Below, piece after piece: positions 37,292-47,033 of a stretch of DNA of 64,000 nucleotides (position 1 is its first letter; each line of letters opens with the position of its first letter). The translations under genes were made by a program, and so were the position numbers. The DNA comes from a virus. The notes beneath the pieces are model-generated. The model did not search any database, was not told the DNA's origin, and saw nothing but the letters and a program-made list of their open reading frames with translations. The DNA lies in the IMG/VR virus record IMGVR_UViG_3300036770_001342, positions 1-64,000 of that record, one strand, 5' to 3'.

Positions 37292-38475
37292 ACTAATCCA
37301 TTAAATTCAGGTAAAAAATTTACAATATTATGATTACGAACTTTATCCATCATACGTATAAAATCTAATGTTTGTTTATCGTTTGATGCGGTAGGTTCTC
37401 TGTTTAGTTCGTGTAAAAGTTTGATTTTATTATTTTTATTACTAAACGTATTATTATTTTTATAACTGGTTGAAAAGTCAGGTATTAGATTGATTTGTTC
37501 TTTTGCTAATTCTTTTAATTCATTTGGTAAATTACTTACGTGTAGAAAATTAGGACTGTGAACCATATTACATTCTATTTTTACATCATTAAAAAATTTA
37601 TAAAAATTGCCAACATTACATATATTGTAAACACTTACTGTTTGTGTGATGGATGTTTGAAATTGTTCATTTTTAATAATTTCCATATGTTTCATAACAG
37701 TGTCCCAATCGCTAGGATATCTGATATAATAGTTTCTTTGCTCTAAATCATCAATAGATAATTGCATTTTTACATGCTTAAACTCTTTTAATAACTCTAT
37801 GAATCGTTCCGGCATTAATGTTAGATTAATGTTGTATAATAATTCAATATTTTTTGCGCGTCCCATTTCAACTAATTTTTCTAAAAAGTAAAAATGTTCT
37901 TTGATTAATGTGGGTTCGCCGCCATTAATATAAATGAGTTCTAGTTGATCACTGTGTGTTAATAATTGATCATACCAATCTTTATTTCTATACCACTTAC
38001 TAGTAAATTCACTATAATTATAATGGTCGTTTTGTTGCAGTTCTGGTAATTTTTTTACATCTTCAATCCATTTGCTACTTGACATAGGATTACAAGTTAA
38101 ACACTTAATGTTACATACATTACCTAATCGTAATTCTACAAAGCGCAGAGGAAACTTTTCTTGTTTTAGGAACAAATTATTTACAAGAAATTTTTTATTT
38201 TCCTGCATTCTTTTACTTTCGATACCGTTTTCTTCATCTCTATAGCAACCCATGCATTCGACTGGTTTTTCACCATTTTTCATTTTACGTCTAATTTCAG
38301 TGAAACTATCACTATTCATAATTTCATCAATAGTATTGTCACTTAAATTTAATACGTCATTATTAGTTCTGGCAAAACAAACTCCATTTTCATAATTAGC
38401 AACGCAACAAGGACTTACTAACCCGTTAGGATGTGTCGCTAAGTGTGTCCAAGGTAATACGCATAGTGTTTTCAT
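37288..38475 (-). CDS. Radical SAM enzyme with N-terminal SPASM/twitch-like Cys domain
   Basis: CVLPW..PCC..CMGC; CNIKCLTC; GGEP. Confidence 0.9.
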   Translation of the reverse strand: MKTLCVLPWTHLATHPNGLVSPCCVANYENGVCFARTNNDVLNLSDNTIDEIMNSDSFTEIRRKMKNGEKPVECMGCYRDEENGIESKRMQENKKFLVNNLFLKQEKFPLRFVELRLGNVCNIKCLTCNPMSSSKWIEDVKKLPELQQNDHYNYSEFTSKWYRNKDWYDQLLTHSDQLELIYINGGEPTLIKEHFYFLEKLVEMGRAKNIELLYNINLTLMPERFIELLKEFKHVKMQLSIDDLEQRNYYIRYPSDWDTVMKHMEIIKNEQFQTSITQTVSVYNICNVGNFYKFFNDVKIECNMVHSPNFLHVSNLPNELKELAKEQINLIPDFSTSYKNNNTFSNKNNKIKLLHELNREPTASNDKQTLDFIRMMDKVRNHNIVNFLPEFNGLV

Positions 38476-39809
38476 ATATTTTTCCACCAATTTAAAAGTT
38501 CTGCATGTTCAGCAAATATATCTTCTATTGTTAAGCGTCCGTTGACTCCGTCTCCCCTATACTTTGCTATACGTGATAAATTTTCTTTACCTCTTTTCCA
38601 TCCATCTTTATAATCAGGATATGTTTCCATAAAAGTGGGTTTAGTTTTTAAGTCTTTTAAGGCTTCGACATATATATTTGTTTTAGGGGTAACTCTAGGC
38701 TCAATATAAGATAATATATCGTCTATTATATTTTCAAGTAATGGTTTAGGTATGCTGACAGGCGACATGATTACGCTGCTGTCAAATGAAAAAGTTGTTT
38801 TGATATATGTGGTAACGTCTAATTCTTTTGCAATATCGAATAGATTTTTAATTGAAAATAAGCCCGGTAATGTAATAGTTAAATCTAATACCATACCATG
38901 ATTACCATATTGCTCATTTAAAAATAATCCCTGTTTGAAGTTACTGTACCATTCATCCCATTCTATACCTGTTCGAACATATTCTACGATCTTGCCCGTG
39001 CCGTCAATACTAGCACAAAGATTAACATTTTTAAAGTGAGGCAATAAGTCATATAACTTAATACCTTTGTGTTCAATTCTACTTAGATTAGTATTATAGC
39101 GTATAACAACATTTTTGCTTTGACCGGTCTCAACTAGATATTTCATTATGTCCCAGTGTATTTCCCACATTAGTGGTTCGCCACCTACCCAATAAATTTC
39201 TTCTATAATACCTTTTTTGACACTATCCCATAATTCAGTTTCGGCAACTTCTTTTTGAAATTTGTTAAATTTTAACTGATTTTCTTTTTTATAAAAGGGT
39301 TCTAGTTCTTCGTTAATGTTGCCCATTAAACGTCTTTCTGTAGCCCAACTTGAACTTAACAAGTCACCGCACATACGACATTTAAAATTACATAAATTAC
39401 TAATTCTATAATCATAACTGATAGGTTCTAGGGTAGTATGTCCAGTCTCGTCAGTATTTTCAAAAATTTCTTCAATCTTATGCGGGAAAAGTGTGTTTGT
39501 AAAATAACTTTTATAGGTGTACAAATTTAGTATGTTCTCGTTACATACTTGGCATTGTGGTAACATTTCACCCGCCATCATTTTCTTACGTATATCTTTC
39601 ATGTAATCACTGTTCCAGTGATCTTTTAATGTTACCGGGTTAAAGTAAGCGTTATCATCTGGATTGTCGCTGTCAATATATTGCTTTATATATGTGGCCT
39701 TTTCTCGGCTGGCACAGCATAAACGTCTTTCTCCTTGCGGAGAAAGATACGTATGCGTCCAAGGAGCAACGCAAAATGATTTATTGCCATCACTCGGCTT
39801 TATTTTCAT
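38472..39809 (-). CDS. Radical SAM enzyme with N-terminal SPASM/twitch-like Cys domain
   Basis: CVAPW..LCC..CQVC; CNFKCRMC; GGEP; SIDG. Confidence 0.9.
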   Translation of the reverse strand: MKIKPSDGNKSFCVAPWTHTYLSPQGERRLCCASREKATYIKQYIDSDNPDDNAYFNPVTLKDHWNSDYMKDIRKKMMAGEMLPQCQVCNENILNLYTYKSYFTNTLFPHKIEEIFENTDETGHTTLEPISYDYRISNLCNFKCRMCGDLLSSSWATERRLMGNINEELEPFYKKENQLKFNKFQKEVAETELWDSVKKGIIEEIYWVGGEPLMWEIHWDIMKYLVETGQSKNVVIRYNTNLSRIEHKGIKLYDLLPHFKNVNLCASIDGTGKIVEYVRTGIEWDEWYSNFKQGLFLNEQYGNHGMVLDLTITLPGLFSIKNLFDIAKELDVTTYIKTTFSFDSSVIMSPVSIPKPLLENIIDDILSYIEPRVTPKTNIYVEALKDLKTKPTFMETYPDYKDGWKRGKENLSRIAKYRGDGVNGRLTIEDIFAEHAELLNWWKNI

Positions 39810-41331
39810 TGTTTAATTCCTGCTCATATTCTTGGCTGCCAGGATTAGCACTTTTTGGTTTTAAGACCCAACCTTCTTTCTCTGCTCTTTCTTTTAATTC
39901 ACTCACATAAGGCATTTGCTTACTGCTATCTCCATCAACTAATATTTCAATCATATTAGTATTAGTTTCGGGGATACTATCATACCATTCTACTAGTGTA
40001 GGGAATGCCTTTTTAAAATCTTTACCTCGTCTCTTATCATACTGCTGATGGAAAGTTTTAAAATCTCTTACTCTACTTTCAATGCTTGAGACATGATTAT
40101 GTCCCTGTTCAACTTCACGCAAATAAGCAATCAATCTGATAATGCTATCTTTTTCTATTTCAGCCAACAATGTGTTATCTGAATTTACTTTTAACCATTC
40201 TTCCAATGCATTGGCTCTTTCTTGTCTGATTTCTTGCGGCAGCGTAGTAGGGCTTTGAAAACTTGGAAAACGTAGTATGTTAAAACTCATCATGCAATGA
40301 TGTTTACCAAATTTTGCTTTCAATTTCAACATTTCATCCATAAATTCACAAATTGAAAATAAGCACAATGCATTGATTGTCATCATAATATTTGATGTTC
40401 TTACATTTCCGAACTCAATTGTGTCATTAAGATTTTTTAACCAATCATCCCAAACTAGTCCGTCACGTATGTACTCTGCTTGTATACCAAAGGCTTCGCA
40501 ACTAGTATACAAATCAAAATGTTTAAATGAATGTGACGCTTGATATAATCTTTTAACTAAAGCATTGTTACCTAAATTTGAATTTACAGCAAATCGTACA
40601 TTACAATCAGGATGTTCTAGCCACCAATCTACTAGTTTCCAAAAACTAGGACTCATAGTTGCTTCACCGCCGGTTACTCGCAATTCTTTTAAACTATGCT
40701 GTAGATCGTTTTCCCACCACTTCCAAAACGCTACGATATACGGACTGTCTGTATTTTCAATACCATATGGCTGTGCCCATGAACCGTCTTGTTTAAATGC
40801 TGCGGCACCGTCGCTAACTAGATTTTGATAGGGGCCATCCATTTTAATATCGTTTTGCCATTTAGTACTAAAACTAGCATTGCAATAACTGCAGGCAAAA
40901 TTACACAATGCATCGAAAGCAATTTCTAAGGTTTGAAGGTCTACATCCTCAGTGCTTCCATACTGAGTAACTGCTTTCATTAAGTCATCTTCTTTATAGA
41001 TAACCGATTTGTAAATTCTATCACTAACCTTATCTTTACCTAATCCTTCAATCTTCCAGCAATAATCACATTCTTTAGGTTTTTCACCTACGAGCATTTG
41101 CTGTCTTACTAATTTTTTATAAGAGGTATTATGCAAAGCCTTATAACTTTTTTCAAGTTCGTCCAATGGGATCTTATGTGCCGGAGGGTGATGGCAACTG
41201 GCAGTAGTACCGTTACCTAACCACACTGTGGCATTATACCATTTAGCACCGCAAAAACTTTCACTCTTACTATTAAGTACGCGGTCTCTATATTCTACAT
41301 ACGATTCATCTGGTTTTTTAAATAATGCCAT
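39790..41331 (-). CDS. Radical SAM enzyme with N-terminal twitch-like domain
   Basis: CGAKW..SCHHP..CDYCW; CNFACSYC; GGEA. Confidence 0.9.
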   Translation of the reverse strand: MALFKKPDESYVEYRDRVLNSKSESFCGAKWYNATVWLGNGTTASCHHPPAHKIPLDELEKSYKALHNTSYKKLVRQQMLVGEKPKECDYCWKIEGLGKDKVSDRIYKSVIYKEDDLMKAVTQYGSTEDVDLQTLEIAFDALCNFACSYCNASFSTKWQNDIKMDGPYQNLVSDGAAAFKQDGSWAQPYGIENTDSPYIVAFWKWWENDLQHSLKELRVTGGEATMSPSFWKLVDWWLEHPDCNVRFAVNSNLGNNALVKRLYQASHSFKHFDLYTSCEAFGIQAEYIRDGLVWDDWLKNLNDTIEFGNVRTSNIMMTINALCLFSICEFMDEMLKLKAKFGKHHCMMSFNILRFPSFQSPTTLPQEIRQERANALEEWLKVNSDNTLLAEIEKDSIIRLIAYLREVEQGHNHVSSIESRVRDFKTFHQQYDKRRGKDFKKAFPTLVEWYDSIPETNTNMIEILVDGDSSKQMPYVSELKERAEKEGWVLKPKSANPGSQEYEQELNNENKAE

Positions 41332-41333
41332 AA

Positions 41334-42776
41334 TTATTTACCTGCTTCTTTTTTACATTCACTAAAGAATGTTTCATATTCGGGGAATGTTTCAACAAAA
41401 TTAGTATTCTTTCTACGATCATATTCTACAATGTACTCATAAAATTGTGATCGTAACAATTTACGTTTTTCTGGATTATGTTCAAGAGCATTCATTTCAT
41501 CTCTGACTACATAATACAATCTTTCAATTCGATTAATTTCATAATCATAAAAACCATTGCCGCACATAGGAGGCCAAAACAATACGTGAGGATTCTTATA
41601 TGCATGGCTTACACAATCTTCTAACACAGATAGAAATTCTTTTGGTAGTATCCATGCTGCCAAGAATTCTGGCCAACGAATATATGCTACGTCAAGTGAT
41701 ACTGGATGTTTGCGTACTGGTTGAACAGTGTATTTTAGTTTCATATCAATGACATCATTCATCATTTGTTTAAAACTAGTCAAACCCAAGGCATTAAACG
41801 CTGACATAATAGTTAAATGACTGTCGGGTATTTCTGCTAATACTCTATGGCAATTCTTTAACCAATAATCGTAATTTAAACCATAACGTATATACTCTGC
41901 TTTTTTACCATGACCTTCATTGCTGGTATACAACTTGAACATTTTGACACATTTTCTTTCTTGTATGATTTTCATCTTTTTCAAGAAACGTTCCATCAAC
42001 TCTTCCGGAACACCTAAATTACTATTGATGTTGAACTCTAATTGTGGTTGCGGGTTTTCAATTAGATAGTCAAGTACGCGATAAACTTGCTTGCTCATTA
42101 ATGGCTCACCGCCAGTAATTCTAAAAACTGACAGGTGTTTTACCGCATTTGGCCACCATTCCCAAAATGCATTAATATAGGGATTATCTTCGTGTACGGG
42201 TATAGGAAATTGTCCTACTTGTTTCAAGTAATCTAAACTATGCAGTGTGATGTTAGGTAGCACATAGGGGCCATGTTCTTGAATTTCTTGCTTCCATGTA
42301 GTGCTGAAAGCAGGACTACAGTACATACATTTGAAATTACACAATGTATCAAAACTAACTTCTAAGTAACTGGGATAAACATTTGCATCCCATGGCATAT
42401 TGGCTACGCGCTCAAGATGAGGTCTTGCCCAATTATCTGCACTTTTTGTAATTCTGTCACTATAAACTGTGTTATCACCTTTAGCATCTTCTGTGCGCCA
42501 GCAGTAATCACACTCTTTAGGGCGCTTGCCCTCTAACATCATTTTTCTTTGTTCTTTTTTGAATTTGGTGTTATGTAGCGCGTGAGGCGATATTGCTAGT
42601 TCTTCCAAGGGAATTTTATGCGGACTTGGATGGTGACAACTATGAGTTAATCCTGCACCCAAATGTAATGATACTTGATTCCATTTTGCCACACAAAAAC
42701 TAGGACTGACTTTATCTAATGCTTCCTTAGTTTCTTTAAATTGGTCGGATTTTTCGTACTGAGTACTTGTTGACAT
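41334..42776 (-). CDS. Radical SAM enzyme with N-terminal twitch-like domain
   Basis: CVAKW..SCHHP..CDYCW; CNFKCMYC; GGEP. Confidence 0.9.
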   Translation of the reverse strand: MSTSTQYEKSDQFKETKEALDKVSPSFCVAKWNQVSLHLGAGLTHSCHHPSPHKIPLEELAISPHALHNTKFKKEQRKMMLEGKRPKECDYCWRTEDAKGDNTVYSDRITKSADNWARPHLERVANMPWDANVYPSYLEVSFDTLCNFKCMYCSPAFSTTWKQEIQEHGPYVLPNITLHSLDYLKQVGQFPIPVHEDNPYINAFWEWWPNAVKHLSVFRITGGEPLMSKQVYRVLDYLIENPQPQLEFNINSNLGVPEELMERFLKKMKIIQERKCVKMFKLYTSNEGHGKKAEYIRYGLNYDYWLKNCHRVLAEIPDSHLTIMSAFNALGLTSFKQMMNDVIDMKLKYTVQPVRKHPVSLDVAYIRWPEFLAAWILPKEFLSVLEDCVSHAYKNPHVLFWPPMCGNGFYDYEINRIERLYYVVRDEMNALEHNPEKRKLLRSQFYEYIVEYDRRKNTNFVETFPEYETFFSECKKEAGK

Positions 42777-42793
42777 CGTTCACCTATGTCAAC

Positions 42794-42799
42794 TATTTA
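42794..42799 (-). promoter_or_regulatory. Late-type promoter core TAAATA ahead of the radical SAM/glycan genes
   Basis: CTAAATA in a 31-nt intergenic gap. Confidence 0.55.
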
Positions 42800-42807
42800 G
42801 AGGGATT

Positions 42808-43761
42808 TTACCATCCTTCTATCTTTCTTATAATATCAATTTCTCTTACTAATGGACCCATATTGTACTTGTCGTGATTATAATGTCGTTTAAAAAATTT
42901 ACTTTGTTCTGGATCTAACACAGACATAGGCAAATCTAGTTTATCTCGCAAAATATTTCCTATAATATCAATCTCTGTTTTAGGATCTTTACTTTTAAAT
43001 TCTTCCCATAGTATAGAAAAATTATCAAACCACATCACATCTTTATGATCCCAAGTTGATAGCATTGTCATATATGTACCCAATCTAGCACCATATATTG
43101 CCCACAAGCCGTTTTCAACGTCACTGCCTACATTATGCCATATAGTTAAATGATTAAAGTTTCTTCCCGGGACGCGATTTTTAAATTCATCTACACTGGG
43201 TTTACAACCCCTCTCCAAGCACATTTTAACGCCTTCACGAAATCCTGCACGCCATGCTTGAAAAGGTGTATAATTGGGATAAGTTATGCTGTAGCAATCA
43301 TACATATGCCAGTATAGATTATCTTTAGTGCCGTCCATACAGAAATCTACTTGAGTATGGTCGCTGCCGTCAGTATTTTCATGAGTTTTCATGTTCATGA
43401 CATAATCTTTTGTCCATGAACTCATCCCACCATTGCCATAACGCAATCCATTAATGTTATTAATTGCTTTCCATCTGAATTGTGCTAGGTGGGCGTTAGC
43501 AGGTGCATCTGTAAAATCTAATTGTAGGTTAAAGAAACTCTCTTCGGGCATATTATCGCCATCAATAAGAATAAAGCGTTCTGTGTCGCTGGCTTCAGCA
43601 GCGGCTTTATGCGCTGCATCACTACCCTTTACGCCGTCAACACGTTTAGCATAAGGAACCATATTCTTAATTTTAAGCCAAAATTCTTCTTTTTGCGGTT
43701 CGTCGTAACTTAAATAAATGCAGTCTAAATCAGCGATATCAATTATTTCATCAGAGTTCAT
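42808..43761 (-). CDS. GT-A-fold glycosyltransferase-like protein
   Basis: YLSYDEP, RVDGVKGSDAAHKAAA, LIDGD (DxD), AWRAGFREGVK. Confidence 0.65.
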   Translation of the reverse strand: MNSDEIIDIADLDCIYLSYDEPQKEEFWLKIKNMVPYAKRVDGVKGSDAAHKAAAEASDTERFILIDGDNMPEESFFNLQLDFTDAPANAHLAQFRWKAINNINGLRYGNGGMSSWTKDYVMNMKTHENTDGSDHTQVDFCMDGTKDNLYWHMYDCYSITYPNYTPFQAWRAGFREGVKMCLERGCKPSVDEFKNRVPGRNFNHLTIWHNVGSDVENGLWAIYGARLGTYMTMLSTWDHKDVMWFDNFSILWEEFKSKDPKTEIDIIGNILRDKLDLPMSVLDPEQSKFFKRHYNHDKYNMGPLVREIDIIRKIEGW

Positions 43762-44107
43762 ATGTTGATAACTTCCATTGTTTACTATTTACATCGTCTA
43801 GAGTAGTCAGTATACTAATATCATCTTTAGCGCAACTTATCCCGTTACTATCTGGTTTATATTTGGATATAATTGCTCCCGAATTTAGTTTAACTAATTT
43901 ACCGTTTTGAACTTTTAAATCATATCTACATTCTGCATAAGTCTGTGCATCAATAATTAAAAAATTACCTTCGGGTTTATCGCAAGTATAAAATAAAATT
44001 TTTCCATTTTCATCGTAATATAATCGAAATTGTGTAGGTTCATACTGAACCTCTTCTGCTATTAGGTATTCTATACCGTCAATTTCTACAACTTTTAAAC
44101 GTTCCAT
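43751..44107 (-). CDS. Hypothetical protein
   Basis: 118 aa, overlaps both neighbours. Confidence 0.7.
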   Translation of the reverse strand: MERLKVVEIDGIEYLIAEEVQYEPTQFRLYYDENGKILFYTCDKPEGNFLIIDAQTYAECRYDLKVQNGKLVKLNSGAIISKYKPDSNGISCAKDDISILTTLDDVNSKQWKLSTYEL

Positions 44108-44895
44108 GCCAAACTCAACTCATTACTAAATTTTTTAACATGATAGTGAAAAGGATATTTTTGCGGTATAGTATTAATTCTTAAAGTATGGGATAATATT
44201 TCGTACACTAATTCATTAGTCCAATCTTCAGTTTTTAACAGATTGATCATTTGTTTCATATGTACCATACTCATTTCTGTAAATGTAGGCATGGTAGTTT
44301 TTTCAGTGCCTATAATATGACAAGCAATAGCGTATACCCAATCAGTAGTTGCTTCTTCGTCTATTTTACATTTTAATATTTTTCTAAATTCATCCCAATT
44401 TTGAAAAATTATTTTAACCATTTCAAAAAATTGTTTGGCCGTATCTGACTTCTTAAAATAGGTTAAAGCATTATAACAATCAGGCAATTTGTTTTGATCA
44501 ATAAACGTTCTATAATACCTAACATCGCTAATATCTTGTTTAAAATTTCTAATCGTGGTTGATACAACTACATCTTGTTGCGAAAGTATGTCCCACCAGT
44601 ATTCTATAGAAGATGGTATATACATGTCTGCTTCAAGTTTAATAGTGTGGTCATAGGGACTTGCTTCATACACTTGCCAGTCATTAATTAATTTCCATTG
44701 GCTGTTAGGTGCTTGGTCTCCATATGGTAATGCAATAACTTTATCGAAAAAATTACTATGATCTACATCGTCTGTTATTAATGATATATTAGATGAAGGC
44801 ATTACTTTTCTTATACTGTGTGCCAAAATTTCAGCACATTTGACATAATCTACTGATTCAGTATTTTGAGCAAGTATTACGTATCCTCTACTCAT
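44095..44895 (-). CDS. GT8-like glycosyltransferase
   Basis: RGYVILA, SPYDHTIKLEAD, VHMK, FHYH. Confidence 0.65.
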   Translation of the reverse strand: MSRGYVILAQNTESVDYVKCAEILAHSIRKVMPSSNISLITDDVDHSNFFDKVIALPYGDQAPNSQWKLINDWQVYEASPYDHTIKLEADMYIPSSIEYWWDILSQQDVVVSTTIRNFKQDISDVRYYRTFIDQNKLPDCYNALTYFKKSDTAKQFFEMVKIIFQNWDEFRKILKCKIDEEATTDWVYAIACHIIGTEKTTMPTFTEMSMVHMKQMINLLKTEDWTNELVYEILSHTLRINTIPQKYPFHYHVKKFSNELSLAWNV

Positions 44896-45698
44896 TTGAT
44901 AAGATCCATAAAAATATCTTTATTAATAATATGAAAATCCATATCTTTTACAACAATATATTCCTTTTTAATTTTATTACGCAACCATTTATCATAAACA
45001 ATAGTATATTCAGTATTATATAACTCATCGTTGTTCTTATAGACAAAAGTTTTTGGTCCAATATGCATTAAATTCCAAGGTATTATATCATTGCTAATAT
45101 CTATATGCCCATTTACGATACGTAGTGCTAATGTAAGACCGTAATCATTTCTATACGTATCAGTAGAAAACTTATGAATATTAGCGTAGTGTTCATAATT
45201 TTCTTGAACCATTTTTAAACATTCAAAAATTTGTTTAACTTTTTGTGTTTTTTTAAATGCAACTACAGTAGCCCAAACTGTAGGCAAATTAATACCTTGT
45301 CCTAAATACTCTTCTTTTGTATAGTCATCCATTAAAAAAGATATTGTTTTATGGCAGACAAAATCATTCATGATTTCAAATGTTTTGTTAAGCCTATCAC
45401 TATTAACTACATAATCAACATCTAGCAGTAATGTTTCATCGTATGGACTTAATTCATAACTGCGATAGCGCCCTTTATTTAACCAAACTCTACCCTGTAA
45501 TTGATTGTTGTTATCGCTATCTATAACTATTACTTTATCAAATGTGTTATCTGTAACTGTAGATAATGACGCTTTGTCTGTAATTAATGTTGATGGTAAT
45601 TTTAAAAAATGACTTACACGCTTTGCTGTAAACTCTGCCATTTTAACATAATTATATTCCGGTGAGTTGAAAGCAAACAACAATACACCTCTTGTCAT
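44892..45698 (-). CDS. GT8-like glycosyltransferase; paralog of 44095..44895
   Basis: RGVLLFA, SPYDETLLLDVD (DxD), YRND, FHIINK. Confidence 0.65.
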   Translation of the reverse strand: MTRGVLLFAFNSPEYNYVKMAEFTAKRVSHFLKLPSTLITDKASLSTVTDNTFDKVIVIDSDNNNQLQGRVWLNKGRYRSYELSPYDETLLLDVDYVVNSDRLNKTFEIMNDFVCHKTISFLMDDYTKEEYLGQGINLPTVWATVVAFKKTQKVKQIFECLKMVQENYEHYANIHKFSTDTYRNDYGLTLALRIVNGHIDISNDIIPWNLMHIGPKTFVYKNNDELYNTEYTIVYDKWLRNKIKKEYIVVKDMDFHIINKDIFMDLIK

Positions 45699-46003
45699 CT
45701 TTTAGTCTCTAATAGTTTATATTCTTTATAATATTCTTGCATAACTGTTTCATAAACAGTTTTTAATTTCTCAAGTAGTTGCAGTCTATCAACTTCGACT
45801 GGATTGTTATGTGTATCTATTAATACTACTTTATCACTAGTAAAAGATTGTAGTGTGGCTATAGTGGTGGCATCTGCTTTCCACAATCCGTTTTGTTCGG
45901 CAATTAAAATTTTACTGCTATATTTTTCACGCAAGTATTCTTTTGCTGAATTATGACTAAATCTCGCTTTTGCTTCCGATAGTAAGGTTTGGACGTCCAT
46001 CAT
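45695..46003 (-). CDS. Hypothetical protein
   Basis: 102 aa; GAGG RBS; TAAATA at 46019-46024. Confidence 0.75.
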   Translation of the reverse strand: MMDVQTLLSEAKARFSHNSAKEYLREKYSSKILIAEQNGLWKADATTIATLQSFTSDKVVLIDTHNNPVEVDRLQLLEKLKTVYETVMQEYYKEYKLLETKR

Positions 46004-46052
46004 TATGCCTCGTCCAAGTATTTAGATATGGGATTTTTACCTAATAAATTTA

Positions 46053-47003
46053 TTAGGCTACTGAGTTACTACCAGTTAATGTAATGGTGCCCCAAGTATT
46101 TGAAATATTTGTTGCTGAGGGCGGGGCTACAGTCAATGTGCATGTTGAACCGCTACCCAATACACCGTTACCGCTTATCTTATCTAGTACCACGTTAACA
46201 TAAACAATGCTACCATTATCACTGTTACTACCCTGTACTCCATTTGTACGGGCATATCCTAACACCTGCACTGTTGCAGTATATGGTGCTGTACCTGAAT
46301 TTTGATCAAAAATTGTTGTATTGCCTGTGCTTAGGCCAAAATAACCATTATTGGTTCCGATAGATTCTACTGAGCCGCTACCACCAATTTTAGTAACACC
46401 GTTATATGCTGTACCAGCAATAGTGCGTGAACCGCTGTTTTGACCACTAATCACAATTGTACCTACTGCTGTACATAATGTATTCATCGCAGCATTAATA
46501 CCTGCTGTTGTGTTAGCGTGGGTAACGCTAAATTTTAATTGTCCGCCTGCATTGAAGAAGTAACGTGCTGCATCACCGTTAGCAAAAGAACAAGTAAATG
46601 CAAAGTTTGCATAGTCTGTCCATGATGAAGCAGTTGTTTGTGTATTTGATGATGTAGTGCCCTGTGATGCTGCATTGCCTTTATTAGTATTAATATTTGT
46701 AATAGCAGTGCCTAATCCAGATAAGAATGTTACGACTCCGCCTGAACTTGGTGCAGTTAATCCTGTGCTTGCGCCACCCTGGTGTGCGTTTGCACTATTA
46801 ATACTATTAATCATGCTTGCCCAGTTAGTTGCTGCTACTGTTTGTCCTGCAGCAACGTTGCTTATTGCTGTTTGACCGTAACCTGTTTGGCCGCCGCCGG
46901 TAGCCCAAACTGCATTAACAGTAGAACTACTAGTAGTAGGATTTCCACCTGCGCGAGTGTTAAAATCAGAAGCCTCAACTAAACCAAATTGTGCGTAACT
47001 CAT
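46053..47003 (-). CDS. Virion structural (tail/fibre-like) protein
   Basis: G/S/T/N/A-rich; ARYFFNAGG; late promoter at 47031-47036. Confidence 0.7.
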   Translation of the reverse strand: MSYAQFGLVEASDFNTRAGGNPTTSSSTVNAVWATGGGQTGYGQTAISNVAAGQTVAATNWASMINSINSANAHQGGASTGLTAPSSGGVVTFLSGLGTAITNINTNKGNAASQGTTSSNTQTTASSWTDYANFAFTCSFANGDAARYFFNAGGQLKFSVTHANTTAGINAAMNTLCTAVGTIVISGQNSGSRTIAGTAYNGVTKIGGSGSVESIGTNNGYFGLSTGNTTIFDQNSGTAPYTATVQVLGYARTNGVQGSNSDNGSIVYVNVVLDKISGNGVLGSGSTCTLTVAPPSATNISNTWGTITLTGSNSVA

Positions 47004-47033
47004 GTATGAAATCCTATAAACTTATGAATATAT

